Source: Neocallimastix sp. 'constans' (taxonomy: Eukaryota). From it: a stretch of 64,000 nt of DNA. Within the stretch, counting starts at the first letter, position 1, and each line of letters starts with the position of its first letter. The translations under genes and the position numbers were made by a program. A model generated the notes under the pieces. That model was given only the letters and a program-made list of their open reading frames with translations, made no database searches and had not been told where the DNA came from. Below, in pieces: positions 20,901 through 38,036 of this stretch. Location of the stretch: contig JBODTK010000150.1 of the NCBI GenBank assembly GCA_050613775.1, positions 248,001 through 312,000 on the forward strand. Direction: 5' to 3'.

Positions 20901-21127
20901 CATCTGATGAAAAGAAAAATGACAGATATTCAAATGGTAGTTCTAGTAGAAATAGAGATAGAGACAGAGAAAGAGACAGAGACAGAGATAGAGAAAGAGA
21001 TAGAGACAGAGACAGAGATAGATATAGGAGTAGAGATAGAGATAGAGAAAAAAGTAGATACAGGAATAGAAGCAGAAGTAGAAGTAGGTCAAGGGATGAT
21101 AGGCACTCACGCAGTTATAGACATTAA
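17960..21127 (+). CDS. CWC22: Pre-mRNA splicing factor CWC22 (MIF4G + MA3 domains, RS/RD-rich termini), intronless
   Basis: [62 protein letters not shown] and [24 protein letters not shown] are conserved Cwc22 motifs. Confidence 0.97.
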   Translation: MGSRSRTRSESRSRTRSRTSSRSFSRSRSRSSSSSSSSNSSSISSAKSSASENKRSRNLKRRHDSVSSSDSHSKSPKHRKYNSKHHTRSRRHSRSKSLEEPHKDDIPKIVDIDPERKREREIQLRMQANIKPDKNKETATSIAIKKGRTGGMYIPPGRLKLMQEQIEDKSSEAYQRMSWEALKKSINGLINKVNTSNIKNIIPELFSENLIRGRGLLCRSVMKAQVASSTFTNVYAAMIAVINTKFPQIGELLLTRLIVQFKRAYRRNNKQACLSSTFFIAHLVNQRVAHEIIALQILTLLLERPTNDSVEVAIGFIRECGALLADVSAKANNAIFERFRSILHEGQIDKRTQYMVEVLFQVRRDKYKDNPTIVPELDLVEEEDQITHYLSLNDDLDTNEMLNVFQFDKEFLENEEKYNDIKKEILGDSDSESDSGEDSDTESSSGSSSDDSDSDSESESDDSKDALQKAQEKLEIQDRTNQDTINLRRAIYLIIMSSLNFEECAHKLMKLDIKEGQENELVEMIIECCSQEKTYISMYGLLGERFCKINKVWAEKFMESFETHYKTIHRFETNNLRNIAKFFAHLLASDAISWNVFALIRLTESSTTSSSRIFIKILFQELSESLGLKKLNERLKDETMVIEVNTPAGTVTRGVFDGLFPKDNPKDTRFAINYFTSIGLGGLTDELREHLKNAPKLIMQQKRELEDSDSSSSSSSSSSSSSSSYDSYDSYDSSSSSGSSSSSDSYDSSSGYDSYDSSSGYDSYDSSSGYDSYDSSSGSDSESDHHSKRRSKENDKKKEDLKKKRDERNKDTKENDQHSRHNGNSSRDRDRNSHRRRSISRSKSRETRKDRYNKRNENKEKNRDSKEKREEEEGRKDKKDDKTRTRDKEESLNDKNSSRTRSRSRDKSENKKEKEEKQDIKNKRSISNTSESKKEYKDEEKIDIKKVKEKEKEEEKEKEKEKEKRKRSSSRSPSRHRESKPSDEKKNDRYSNGSSSRNRDRDRERDRDRDRERDRDRDRDRYRSRDRDREKSRYRNRSRSRSRSRDDRHSRSYRH

Positions 21128-21928
21128 AAAAAAAAAAAAAAAAACAGTTTCATATAAATCTACTTTATTTACCATTTTTAATTTACCATTATAAACCTAT
21201 ATATATATATATAGGTTTCGTTATTTAATTTAATGATAATAATTTATAAAAATATCTTTTTTTTTTTTTTTGTTCATAATCATTTCAAAGTAAAAGTATT
21301 AGATATATATTTTCATTATTATTATAAACTTTTTAATATTGATCTATTTTAATATTATAAAAATAAAATAATATTAATAATATGTATAAAATAAAATAAA
21401 TAAATAAAAATGCAAATATAAAAGTTAAAAATTAAAAATTAAAAATAAAAATAAAAATAAAAATAAAAATAAAAATAAAAATAAAAATAAAAATAAAAGA
21501 ATTAAAGTGTATTTTTTTTTTTTTTTTTTTTTTTTGTTTAATTATTTTTATAACAAATTTTAAATTCTTTAATAAGAAAAAAAAAATAATATATATGCCA
21601 TAAATTTATTCATTTTATTATATTTAATATTAATGTAAATTATTTAATACATTAATTTTATGTTATATAAATATATGTTAATAATCCTTTTAAATATTTT
21701 GTGTAACTTAAATATATATAACAAATGTGTTCGTGTGATATTTGTTCTGATATACAGTAATTTTTATTATGCTATTATTTTCATATTAATAATAACAAAG
21801 TGTATTTATATTTTATGTGAATATCATATAATACCATAAATATACTATTCACTTCTCTCCTTTTGACCATTATACTTTCGTATTAAATTATACAATATCA
21901 ATTATTATTATTGTTATTGCTATTGTTA

Positions 21929-21970
<42 letters not shown>

Positions 21971-22008
21971 ATTATTATTATTATTATTATTATTGTTATT
22001 ATTATTAT

Positions 22009-22206
22009 TATTTTAAGAGTTATGAATTTATGGTTTATAATTATGTCAGTTTTATTAATATATTTTATGATAAAGAGTTACTAGCACTTAATTATTCTAA
22101 ATTAAATGCTTTCATATTAATACATTGTGGCTTATACATTATTTATATTACAACATGTTTCAATACATTTGAAGCTTATTTTTCATACATTTCACATATT
22201 TTAACA
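22009..22206 (-). mobile_element. Solo LTR of a second copia family, within a (TAT)n tract
   Basis: Aligns end to end with the LTRs at 50086-50257 and 51507-51664 (TAAGAGT..GAATTTATGGTTTA..ATTGTGGCTTATA..TTTCACATATT..TAACA). The left TG is changed to TA. Confidence 0.85.
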
Positions 22207-22209
22207 ATA

Positions 22210-22244
<35 letters not shown>

Positions 22245-22245
<1 letters not shown>

Positions 22246-22485
22246 GTTTAATATTTATTTATTAATAATTAGATATATAACGCAAGTGTTATATAAATGG
22301 TTAACAAAGATTTAAAGTACAGATAAAATTACATGTTTTTATATTTAATTGTGGCTTGTTCTAGATACATACTAATTTATATTTTAATTTGTAATTACAA
22401 TATATTTAATATAATTTAATTTAATATTTTATTAAACTTAAGCTAGACTATAACTTTATATTAATAAAATTAACATACGTTAACA
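22245..22485 (-). repeat. 3' LTR (241 bp)
   Basis: TGTTTAAT...GTTAACA; no differences from 28437-28677 by eye. Confidence 0.95.
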
Positions 22486-25400
22486 CTCCCCCTCAAATTA
22501 GATTTTTTAATATTAAAAATCTTATTTGCAAATATACTCATTTTTGTACCATTAACATCTTTAGTGAGAGCGTCAGCTAACATTTCTTTTGTATCTTTGT
22601 ATTCTAATTTTACTTTCCTTTTTACTATATTATCTCTATTAAAATGAAATCTAATATCTATGTGTTTTAACTTTGTATTGATTTCACCATTTTCAATAGT
22701 TATTTTACTTGCTAAATTATCTGTGAAAATGGTAATTGTTTTATTATAATTTATTAATTCTTTTAAAATATTTCTGATCCATAGAATTTTTTTTAATATT
22801 TTCGGATGTGCTAATGTATTCTGCTTCTGCTGTAGACGTAGCTACACATGTTTGTTTTTTAGAAATCCAGCATATGGGACTGTTTCCCATAAGTATTATT
22901 CCACCAGACGTAGATTTCCTGTCATTTAGATCACCTCCAAAATCGGCATCAGTGTATGCTATTATTTCCCCTTGTCCATCATATACAATTTTATAATCTT
23001 TAGTACTATTTATATATCTGAAAATATTTGTTATTTTATTCCAGTCTGATATTGTGGGTTTTTCTGATTTTCTGGCAGCCTTGTTCACGGAGAATGCGAT
23101 ATCTGGCCTTGTGCATTTTGATAGATATATTAAGGAACCTATAGCACTCTTGTAGATTGTTTTATTGAAAGGTTTATTATTTTCAGAGATAGTGTTGTCT
23201 CCTGTGCATGGTGTTTTTCTTTTTCTCATTTCTTTTATATTAAATTTGTCTAACATATTATTTATAAAACTATTTTGTGATATAATATATTTATTCTTTT
23301 GTTTTTCAATTTTTATGCCAAGTATGAATTCGGCTGGTCCACAATTTGATATTTTAAATTTTTCTTTAATTTTTGTAATTATATTTTGTATTTCTTTGTC
23401 TTCACCAGTTATGATCATATCGTCTACATATAAACCTATGATGCATTTGGTTTTATTATTCTTTGAATATTTAAATATACACTTTTCAGATTTTATTTGT
23501 TTAAATCCATTTTTATTTAAAAATTTTGTAATCGTTTGGTTCCATTGCCTACCGGATTGTTTTAATCCGTATAGTGCTTTATTGAGTTTCCAGAATCCCC
23601 GCCCAAAGTTAGTATCACCTAGTGGAATAGTAGTGTAAATATCAGTATCTAATGGAGCGTTGAGATACGCAGCTTTAATATCTAATTGGTAGATATTCCA
23701 ATTAAACTTAGCTGCTAAAGCGATAATAAGCTTTAATCCATCAATGTTTAAGGTAGGAGAATAAGTAAGTTCATAATCAATACCTCTACGTTGTTTAAAA
23801 CCTCTAGCAACTAGGCGAGCTTTAAATCTAACAATATTATTATTAGAGTCTTTTTTGGTAGCAAAAACCCATTTTGTCGAAATAAGATTTTTGTTTTTAG
23901 GAATGTAATTAACGATGGACATAACATTATTATTGTATAAATTATTAAGTTCATCTTGTATAGCTTTATACCAGTAATTTTTATTAGGACAATTAATAGC
24001 TTCATTAAAACTATTAGGTGTATCAGAGTAAATTGTAAAAACCATTTTTTCATTATTGGAAACATCATATTTAGGCCGAGAGATATCATTAGTAATATTA
24101 AAGAAAGTTTCAGGACTTAAAGGACGTTTGAGTACGGACTGATTGTTAATCCCTGTCATATTATCAGTCATATTTACATCTTGGTCAGAAATAATGGAAA
24201 TAATATTATTATTAATGTAATTAGTATCAGAACCTAAATCATGGTTAAAAGAATAAGAATCCTGGGGAGTTTTATCGCCAATAGGAATAACATCATTTTC
24301 ATCTAAATTTGAACAATTATAATTGTTAATTGATAGATTATCATCAACAACATTATCTAGTAAATTTTCATTAGTAGCAATAATATTATTATTAAAATTG
24401 TCATCTTTAATATTTTTAGTGACAGAATCTTCATTATTTAAAGATTTATTAAGGGAAAGTTTAAATGTTTTATCAAAAGTATCATTTGTTACAGATGTAT
24501 TGATTTTATTATTATCATTAATTATATTTTTATTATTGACATTTTGAAAAAAAATTTTATTAATAAATTTTTGATTAATTTTTGAAAAATTTTTAAGTTT
24601 CATAGATTTATTACTGTTATCATTAATTTTATGTAACTTATTATCTTTATTAATAAATGTTGTAGATTCACGTGATGTATTAAAAGATTTTAATTTAGTG
24701 GAATTATTATTCATAATATTATTATTCTTCGTCATTATTGGGTCTGAATTTAAATTATAAGATTTAATTATTTTACCATTATCCAATGGTTGTAAATTAA
24801 AATTTTCTTCATTTTTTGAATAATTTTTATTATTAAAATTTTTTACATTTTTAAATTTAGAAATATCAATATTTTCTTTAAGCGTTTTTACAGGAGTACT
24901 GGCAGGGGAATTTTCGGTTGGCTTGGAATCATTTATATTTGAGTTAACAGTATTAATCAGAGTCGGTAAAACGATATCATTTTTACAGGATTTTTTACTA
25001 TATTCCTTATGGGTAATTGAAGGATTTTCAGCATCTTTTCCTTTTTCTGCCCAATTATGTTTATTTTTATAAGAATAACTGCATTCACCTTTTTCAATGT
25101 AAGAATTATTTACCACGTTTTTTAATGAATGATTCAAATTATTTTTATTGTTTACATGGATATTGGTAAATATAAAATCATTATTATTATTATTTAAAGA
25201 ATTGTTATTGACCTTTTGAAGTATATTTTGGTTTTCTAGTACTGTGTTAGTATTTTGTTTATTATAATTTTTATTTAAACGAACTATATTATTGTTACTA
25301 TGTTTTACATTAGTTGAAATTTCATTATTTACTTCAGAAATTACATTTGAATTAATATTATTTTTTGCGTATAAATTATTTTGTTCTAAAGTAATATTGT

Positions 25401-28356
25401 GTTTATTGTTATGTGTGTTATTTGTTTTATTAAAATCCAATAGTTTATTTGTTTTTGTGTCCTTTTCTAAGGTTATGGTTTTAATTTTGTTATTTTTATT
25501 GTTTAAATTAATTATATCGTCGTTGTTAATATTATAAACCATATTTTCTTTACCTTTATCTATATTTTTATTATTATTCATATTATCTAAAATATTAATA
25601 ATTATTTTCGTGTTATTATCATGTAAATTATTTTCTGCTTCTATTTTATTATCCTCGTTATCCATGTTCATATTGTTTAAATTATCGTTTACAATAATGT
25701 TATTTAAATCAATATTATTATTGTTTTCATTTAAATTATTATTTTCATTGTTTAGAACATTATTTATGTTTTCTATATTATTAATTATATTTTCATTTAT
25801 AATATGATTATTTTCATTATTATTATTATTTACTATATTATTATCAATTTTTGTAAAAGAGAAATATGGGTCCACAAATCCTTCTTTCTCATATATATAG
25901 TTTGCTGGACATTCCTCTAAACATTCTACTTCTCTGACATGGTGTATTCTTTTGTTTTTTATGTCCATAATCCTATATGAGTAATTTTTCTTGCTGAAAC
26001 CAAGAAATATTCCTTCCTTTGCTTTTGGAGTGAAATTGGATTTGTTTTCCATATTATCAATATAATAACATTTACATCCAAAAGTTCTTAAGTGTTTTAA
26101 AGAAATACTTTTTCCTGATATGACTTCATCAGGTATTAAATTATTATTTCCTTCATGAGGAATCATATTATACAAATAAGCCGCATGTCTTACTGCATAT
26201 TCCCAGAAATTTTCAGATAATTTTGCCCAAAATAATAAAGTTTTAGCTGTGTTTTTTATTGTTTGATTTATCCTTTCGGCTTTTCCATTATTTTCTGGAC
26301 AATATGGTGGAGAGAATGATTTTTCAATTCCATTATCTTTACAGTATCTTCTTATTTTCTTATTTTTATATTCTTTACCACCATCTGTTTTAAATATTTT
26401 AACTTTATAATTATCAAATTGATTGTTAAGGTATTTTAGAAAATCGATTATAATGTCTGGCGCTTCAGCTTTAGATTTTAAAGTGAAGAGCCAAACTTTC
26501 CACGAATATTCGTCCAAGAAAGTTATAAAATATTTTTTGTCATTAATAGAACTGTTATATGGCCCCGAAATGTCAGAGTGTATAACTTCAAGTATCTTGT
26601 TTGATTTAGGATTGTTCCCATTATGTGGGGAATGCTTCATTTTTACTACTTTACATTCTTTACATTTTGGGATCTTGATCTCGTGTAGTTCTAAATGTTT
26701 AGAAATATTTCTTATATATTGATGGCCCATTCTTCTGTGCCATATTTCTAGACTGTTTTGCCCTAAATCATCTAATGATAAAATATTTTGATTATTTATT
26801 ATACTTTTTGTGTTTATTTTAAATTGATTAAAATCAGTTGATAGAAATGTTCCGATAACATTTTTATCACAGTCAGATATAGTCAATTTTACTTTTTCTT
26901 GACTTATTGGCTCAATAACGGATGTTATACCTATTTTTGCGAATTCGATGGCACTTATCAAGTTTTTATGTGCCTTTTTTGAATATAACACTTTGTTTAA
27001 TTTTATATGGTAGTTGTTTATGGTAAATTCACAACTACCATATCCTTCAAAGTCTAAAGTAGTATTGTTTGCACATCTTAGTTGTACAAAATCTTCTTTA
27101 TAATCTTTCAAAAGGTTTTTATCATTAGTTACATGTTCGTAAGCTCCACTATCATAATACCATTCAACTGTTTCGTTACTTTCTATATTTCTTTCAATTA
27201 TGTTTACAGATTTTTCATCATTATCTATATTATATGGTTCATTTATTGATTCAATTAGCAAAGCATCATTAATATGTGGTTCACATAATGGTCTGATGTC
27301 TTCAAAATTATCATCTCTTTCGCTGTCACTTTCTTCATATTTAGAAGTTATTTTTTCCACTAAACCAAATGATTTTAATTCTTTTTCTTCATTTTTATGG
27401 TTTTTCTGGTAGAGTGATTGTTGCCTCCCTTCTTTTTTGTTTTCTCTTGCTTTCATATTGTATTTACAATCTTTTGTGAGATGTCCTCTTATCTCACAAA
27501 TATGACAATATAAATTTTTGTTAGTTTTGTTATTGTTTCTGTTTATTTTCTTAACAAAACCTTTTCCTTTATGATAGTTTTTATTTTTATAACGTTTTTC
27601 AATTAGATCTATATCCATTGGATCATCATGATCATCATGTTCATCCATTGTATTTTCCCAATTTTCTAGATATGATCTAGCTGAAATTCTATCTTTTATA
27701 CTTTCATATAATTGTCTGGCGGTAGTTTCTAAAGTTACATCTATAATGTTTTTAAAGTCATTTGGTAAAATATTGAACATGTACTTTAATTTTTCCCTTT
27801 CAGTCAAATTTACTCCGGCATCTTCCATTTCACCGAATATTTCATTTACGCTATCAGCCATCTTCATTATTTGGCTGCGGTCATTTGCCTTAAGTTTTCG
27901 CAATTTCTTGAGCCAGTATTCAGTGTCATTATTCTTATCACCGTATTTTGAAGTTAGTTTTTCCATAATTGTGAATGTTTTCTTCATTCTACTAACTTCC
28001 CTTAATATTTTTTCTTCAACGTTTTGAATCACCATAAGCATTAACTGAGAGTCTTTCTCTTCTGCTTTAGCAATGATTCTATTTCGGTTTTGAGTAAACA
28101 CTTCATTGTAGTTTACATTTTCTCCACGATTTAATTGTAATTCCTCAATAATCTTCAGGATAGCTTTTACCGTCTTAGATTCTTCATTAGGATTAAGTCT
28201 ATAGTTATTATCCTTCAGGTGAGAGATAACATCTTCTTCAATGAATTCTTCCATTCCATATCTCCTAGCTGCAGTCATGATAAGGAAATTCCATGTGGCA
28301 AAATTGGATACACCACGAAGACGTTGGTCCTTAGCTAAGTTAAATTGATAGGCCAT
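22470..28356 (-). CDS. Copia gag-pol polyprotein with a one-base frameshift in an A8 run inside RNase H
   Basis: Zinc knuckle CHICEIRGHLTKDC, protease WYYDSGA, WHRRMGH...CKEC, integrase HSDISGP/FKTDGGKEY/NGKAER, RT KARLVARGF/QLDIKAAYLN/LYVDDM, RNase H YTDADF..STAEAEY. Removing one base from 22787-22794 continues ILWIRNILKEL..TDNLAS..KHIDIRFHF..MLADALTK..LRGSVNVC* to a stop at 22470. Confidence 0.93.
22486..22494 (-). promoter_or_regulatory. Polypurine tract (GAGGGGGAG)
   Basis: Immediately upstream of the 3' LTR on the element strand. Confidence 0.9.
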
Positions 28357-28416
28357 CTTAATACTTTGTTAAAATCGATTTTTAAATTTAAAGCTTTGTA
28401 ATTTATTATAGAGTAC

Positions 28417-28430
28417 TGAGACTCTTAATC
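28417..28430 (-). promoter_or_regulatory. Putative primer-binding site complementary to the anticodon arm of tRNA-Lys(CUU)
   Basis: Element strand GATTAAGAGTCTCA starts 6 nt after the 5' LTR. Its complement TGAGACTCTTAATC matches positions 27-40 of eukaryotic tRNA-Lys(CUU) as I recall it. No TGG-type PBS is present. Confidence 0.75.
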
Positions 28431-28436
28431 TATTAT

Positions 28437-28677
28437 TGTTTAATATTTATTTATTAATAATTAGATATATAACGCAAGTGTTATATAAATGGTTAACAAA
28501 GATTTAAAGTACAGATAAAATTACATGTTTTTATATTTAATTGTGGCTTGTTCTAGATACATACTAATTTATATTTTAATTTGTAATTACAATATATTTA
28601 ATATAATTTAATTTAATATTTTATTAAACTTAAGCTAGACTATAACTTTATATTAATAAAATTAACATACGTTAACA
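28437..28677 (-). repeat. 5' LTR (241 bp)
   Basis: Identical to 22245-22485. Confidence 0.95.
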
Positions 28678-28717
28678 ATTATTATTATTATTATTATTAT
28701 TATTTTTATTATTTTTA

Positions 28718-28795
28718 TAAATTACAAAATAAATACATATATTAAGATAATATGATTAAATAAATAGTATAATTTAGATATTAACAATTATTATG

Positions 28796-28834
<39 letters not shown>

Positions 28835-28935
28835 GAACATAAATTAAATTACAAAATAAATATATTAAGATAATATGAATAAATAAATAATATAATTTAG
28901 ATATTAACAATTATTATTATTATTATTATTATTAT
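28718..28935. repeat. Imperfect tandem duplication, period ~127 bp
   Basis: TAAATTACAAAATAAATA..TATTAAGATAATATGA..TATAATTTAGATATTAACAATTATTAT begins at 28718 and again at 28845. Confidence 0.8.
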
Positions 28936-29114
28936 AATAATAATAATTTATTTACTAACTTTACTATAAAAAGATAAAAAAATTAGAATTTAAATGAAAA
29001 AAATATTAAAAAAAAAAAAAAAAATAGCATTTCATTCCATTTAAAATATTAAAAATTAAAACTAAAAACGATTAAATTTAAAAAAATATAGTAAAATACA
29101 TAAAATCAAATTTT

Positions 29115-34419
<5,305 letters not shown>

Positions 34420-36253
34420 ATTATAACTCTAAATTATTAAATTCCAAAGTATTAATATTGTCAAGTTTTATTATTTAATTCTGTCATAAAATTATCACTT
34501 TTAATAATAAAACCTAATAATAAATAAATTAAAAATTTTATATTGTGATAAAAAAAATTATTACAATAGTATAAAATAAAATTAAAAATAACAATTAATA
34601 AAAAAATTAAATTAATGAAATAGAAATAGTTTGTTATTTAACAGTATGTCTACGATTAAAAATTGATCAGTATAAAAAAATATTTACTATTATTATTATA
34701 AAGATAAAGAAATTTTCTTATTTAATTCTTAAACTTAAATTTTATAGAGGTATACTACATAAAATTATAATTTGATAAAATTATGTAAATTTCTATTTAT
34801 TAAACTAATATAATATATAATTTGTTACAATATATTATATTCTATCATAAATAAGTATTAATCATATATTGTAATTTCTTACTAATATGTTCATTCATAC
34901 ATCACATCAATTCATTCATTCATTAACTACATATATTGCTTAATAATAATTTTAAATCTTTATACTTATATAACTTTCAAAATTATATTCATCTTATAAT
35001 ATTTTTGAAATATTAATAGTATTTAATATTAATAATTTCTTTTAAATAAAAAACTATAATAATTTAACGTGAATTTTATATTGTTATGTATATGATAAAT
35101 CAATTTTCAATTTCAATTTAATTATATTTTTATGAAATTTTAAAATAAATAAAATAAAAGAAATTAACATTATTATTACACTTTTAACAAGGTTCAATAA
35201 TATTTATATATATTATGATAAAAAATTCATTTCTATATTATTATTATATTTATTATAATATCAAAATTAATCATTCATTCACTTCAGAAAAGGTGTTGTA
35301 TTATTTGATTTTTGATTTTAAAAATAAAAAAAATACTATAAATTATAGTTTGACTTTATTTTCAAACTAAGTTTATAATAATTATTTTATTTTCAATATA
35401 TATATTTTATATGTACCTTTCTTCTCCTTTTTATTTTTGAAATGATAAAAAAAAAAGTATTAAAAAAAAGTATTATAAATCTTTAAACAAAAATATAAAT
35501 AAAGCAATTATTTTAATTATATTTTAAATAAAAACATTATTTTATAGAAAAAATAATTTTTGAATTAAAAAACTATCTTTAAAAAAATTTTTAATGTAAA
35601 AAAATGAACAAATTTTAAATATAAAAAAATTGAATATAAATTAAAATAAATTAAAATGAAAATTAAATTTTTCATAGTGTTACTATGATATAAAATTATA
35701 TTAATATTAAAACTTTATTAATTAATAAAAATATATATGATATATTATATTTCATATCATTGAAACATAAAAACTTAACTAGGGAAATTTTTAGATTTAT
35801 CTGTAAATTTTTGTGTGATACTATTATTATTGTTATTATTATTAATTTTAATAATAATAAAAAATATTATAAATTTTAGATTATATTGTTTTTTTATTTT
35901 ATTTTATTTTACTTTATTTTGTATTCATTATTTATTTTATTTTATATATACTATTTACTTTATTTTATTTTATATTACTTTACTATTTACTTTATTTTAT
36001 TTTATATTACTTTACTATTTACTTTATTTTATTTTATTTAATTTTATTTAATTTTATTTAATTTTATTTTATTTTATTTAATTTTATTCTATTTTATTTT
36101 ATTGGATAAATTGAACTATGGATAAAAAAAAAGTATCCATTTTTTTCATACACCTTTCTTTGACTTGATTAGTATAATAAATATATCCCAAAATAAAATA
36201 CAATTTTAAAGCAAATATTAAATGAAAACTTTTCTTATTTTTATTCAAATAAC

Positions 36254-36320
<67 letters not shown>

Positions 36321-36426
36321 TTTTGTCAATTATATATATTTATTTATTTTAATATAAAATATTTTGATAATTATATGATTCTTTTTTATAAAATATAATA
36401 ATAAATAGATTATATCATAAATAAAT

Positions 36427-36471
<45 letters not shown>

Positions 36472-37739
36472 TATTAAATGTATTTTATAAATTATAATTA
36501 TTACAATTAAAAATAATTATTGCTATTATTATAATGATAAATATAATTAAATAACTTTATGGTATTTTTAATTAGCAATAAATATCTAATATCAATAATA
36601 AATTGATATTTTTATTATTAGATAGAATAAAAATTATTAATAAATTATTCATTTAATATATATTATTTATTTAAATATTATTATTAGAAAAAGCATTAAA
36701 TTATCACTAATTATTAATTATATGTATCATATGAATTCAAAAACAAAAAAAAATCAAAAGAATTTACAATATACTTCATCATTCAGTAATATGAAGTAGA
36801 GTTAGATTTTACATCTAAGGATACATATTTGAAAAAAAATGAATAATAATAATAATAAAAATATAATATATAAAATCATTTATATGTTTGTATTATTAAA
36901 TTCAACTCTTAATTAGTAAATATTTCATAATAATGAAGAATCCATATATTTTAATTTTATCTCTATCTTTTAATATATATTGATTACATCATCCTACTTC
37001 TGATTTTTAAATAAAAAATATTTATTTATAATTTCATTTTATATATATTTTGTTTATGTGCTATTTCAGAGATAGTCATTTTAATTATTTTATTTTTTAT
37101 TAATAAAATATATTATAAATTAATATTGTTTAATTTATACTAAAAGCTTTCTCAATATTATTACTTTTATATGTAAAAGAATAAATAATATCTAATATAG
37201 CACAAAATAAAAATTAATATATTTTATATTTTATTCCTTTATTAAAAAAAATAATTGAAAACTATTAATTTATTTAATTATTCCTTAATTAAAAAATAAA
37301 TTTGAAATATTTTTTTATTTATTTAATTTAAAAAAAAAAAAAATTTTGAAGTAATCTTAATTATTATTATTTATTTTTTTTTTTTTATAACAAAATTTTA
37401 ATTATTAATTAATAATATATATATATATCATTATTTAATCATGTGAATAAATTTTTTATGTATTTATAAAATAAATTTATTTTTATTAAATAGTTAAAAA
37501 AATTTATTATTATCCAATCATAATCCAAAAAATTAATTTTTTATTTATTATTGGCTAAAAAATTAAAAAATCAAAATTTTAATTTTTTTTTTAAATAATA
37601 TTAATTTTACAAAACTCAAAATGATTTAAATTTTTATATATTATTAGTTTATTTTAATATATATTATATTTATATTCGATTTTTTAAAAAAATTTTAACA
37701 AATAATATAATTTTTATAAATTAAATATAACAAATTTTT

Positions 37740-37780
<41 letters not shown>

Positions 37781-38036
37781 ACTCCATTATTGTTTTATAA
37801 GGTCAATTAAATAATAGAATTATTTTTATATTTATTATAATTTAAAGGAAAGTTATAATAAATTAAAAAATTATATTTTCAAAAAAAAAAAAAACGGAGA
37901 GTACTGAATTTTGAATTTATATATTTATTTATTTCATTTTACTAATTTTATATATACAATTTGTTAATTTTGAAGTAATATAAAAATCTTTAAATTGTTC
38001 TTTTTAGTTTTATAAAATTTTAATAAACTTATAAAA

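Larger units (their letters stand above)
22245..28677 (-). mobile_element. Full-length Ty1/copia LTR retrotransposon (~6.4 kb), recent insertion
   Basis: Two identical 241-bp TG...CA LTRs, ATTAT 5-bp flanks on both sides, a polypurine tract, and a single gag-pol with PR-IN-RT-RH order. Confidence 0.97.

Noticed and set aside
22030..22251. 73-aa ORF (and 84-aa ORF at 50431-50685)
   Set aside because: They lie in the solo LTR and antisense in the decayed element; chance ORFs.
22787..22794. Programmed ribosomal frameshift in pol
   Set aside because: It sits in the middle of RNase H, where no regulatory shift is expected; a homopolymer error or mutation is simpler.
37320..37760. RRPE-like AAAATTTT and CCAAT words upstream of NOG1
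   Set aside because: Such words are expected by chance at this AT content; not supportable without conservation data.
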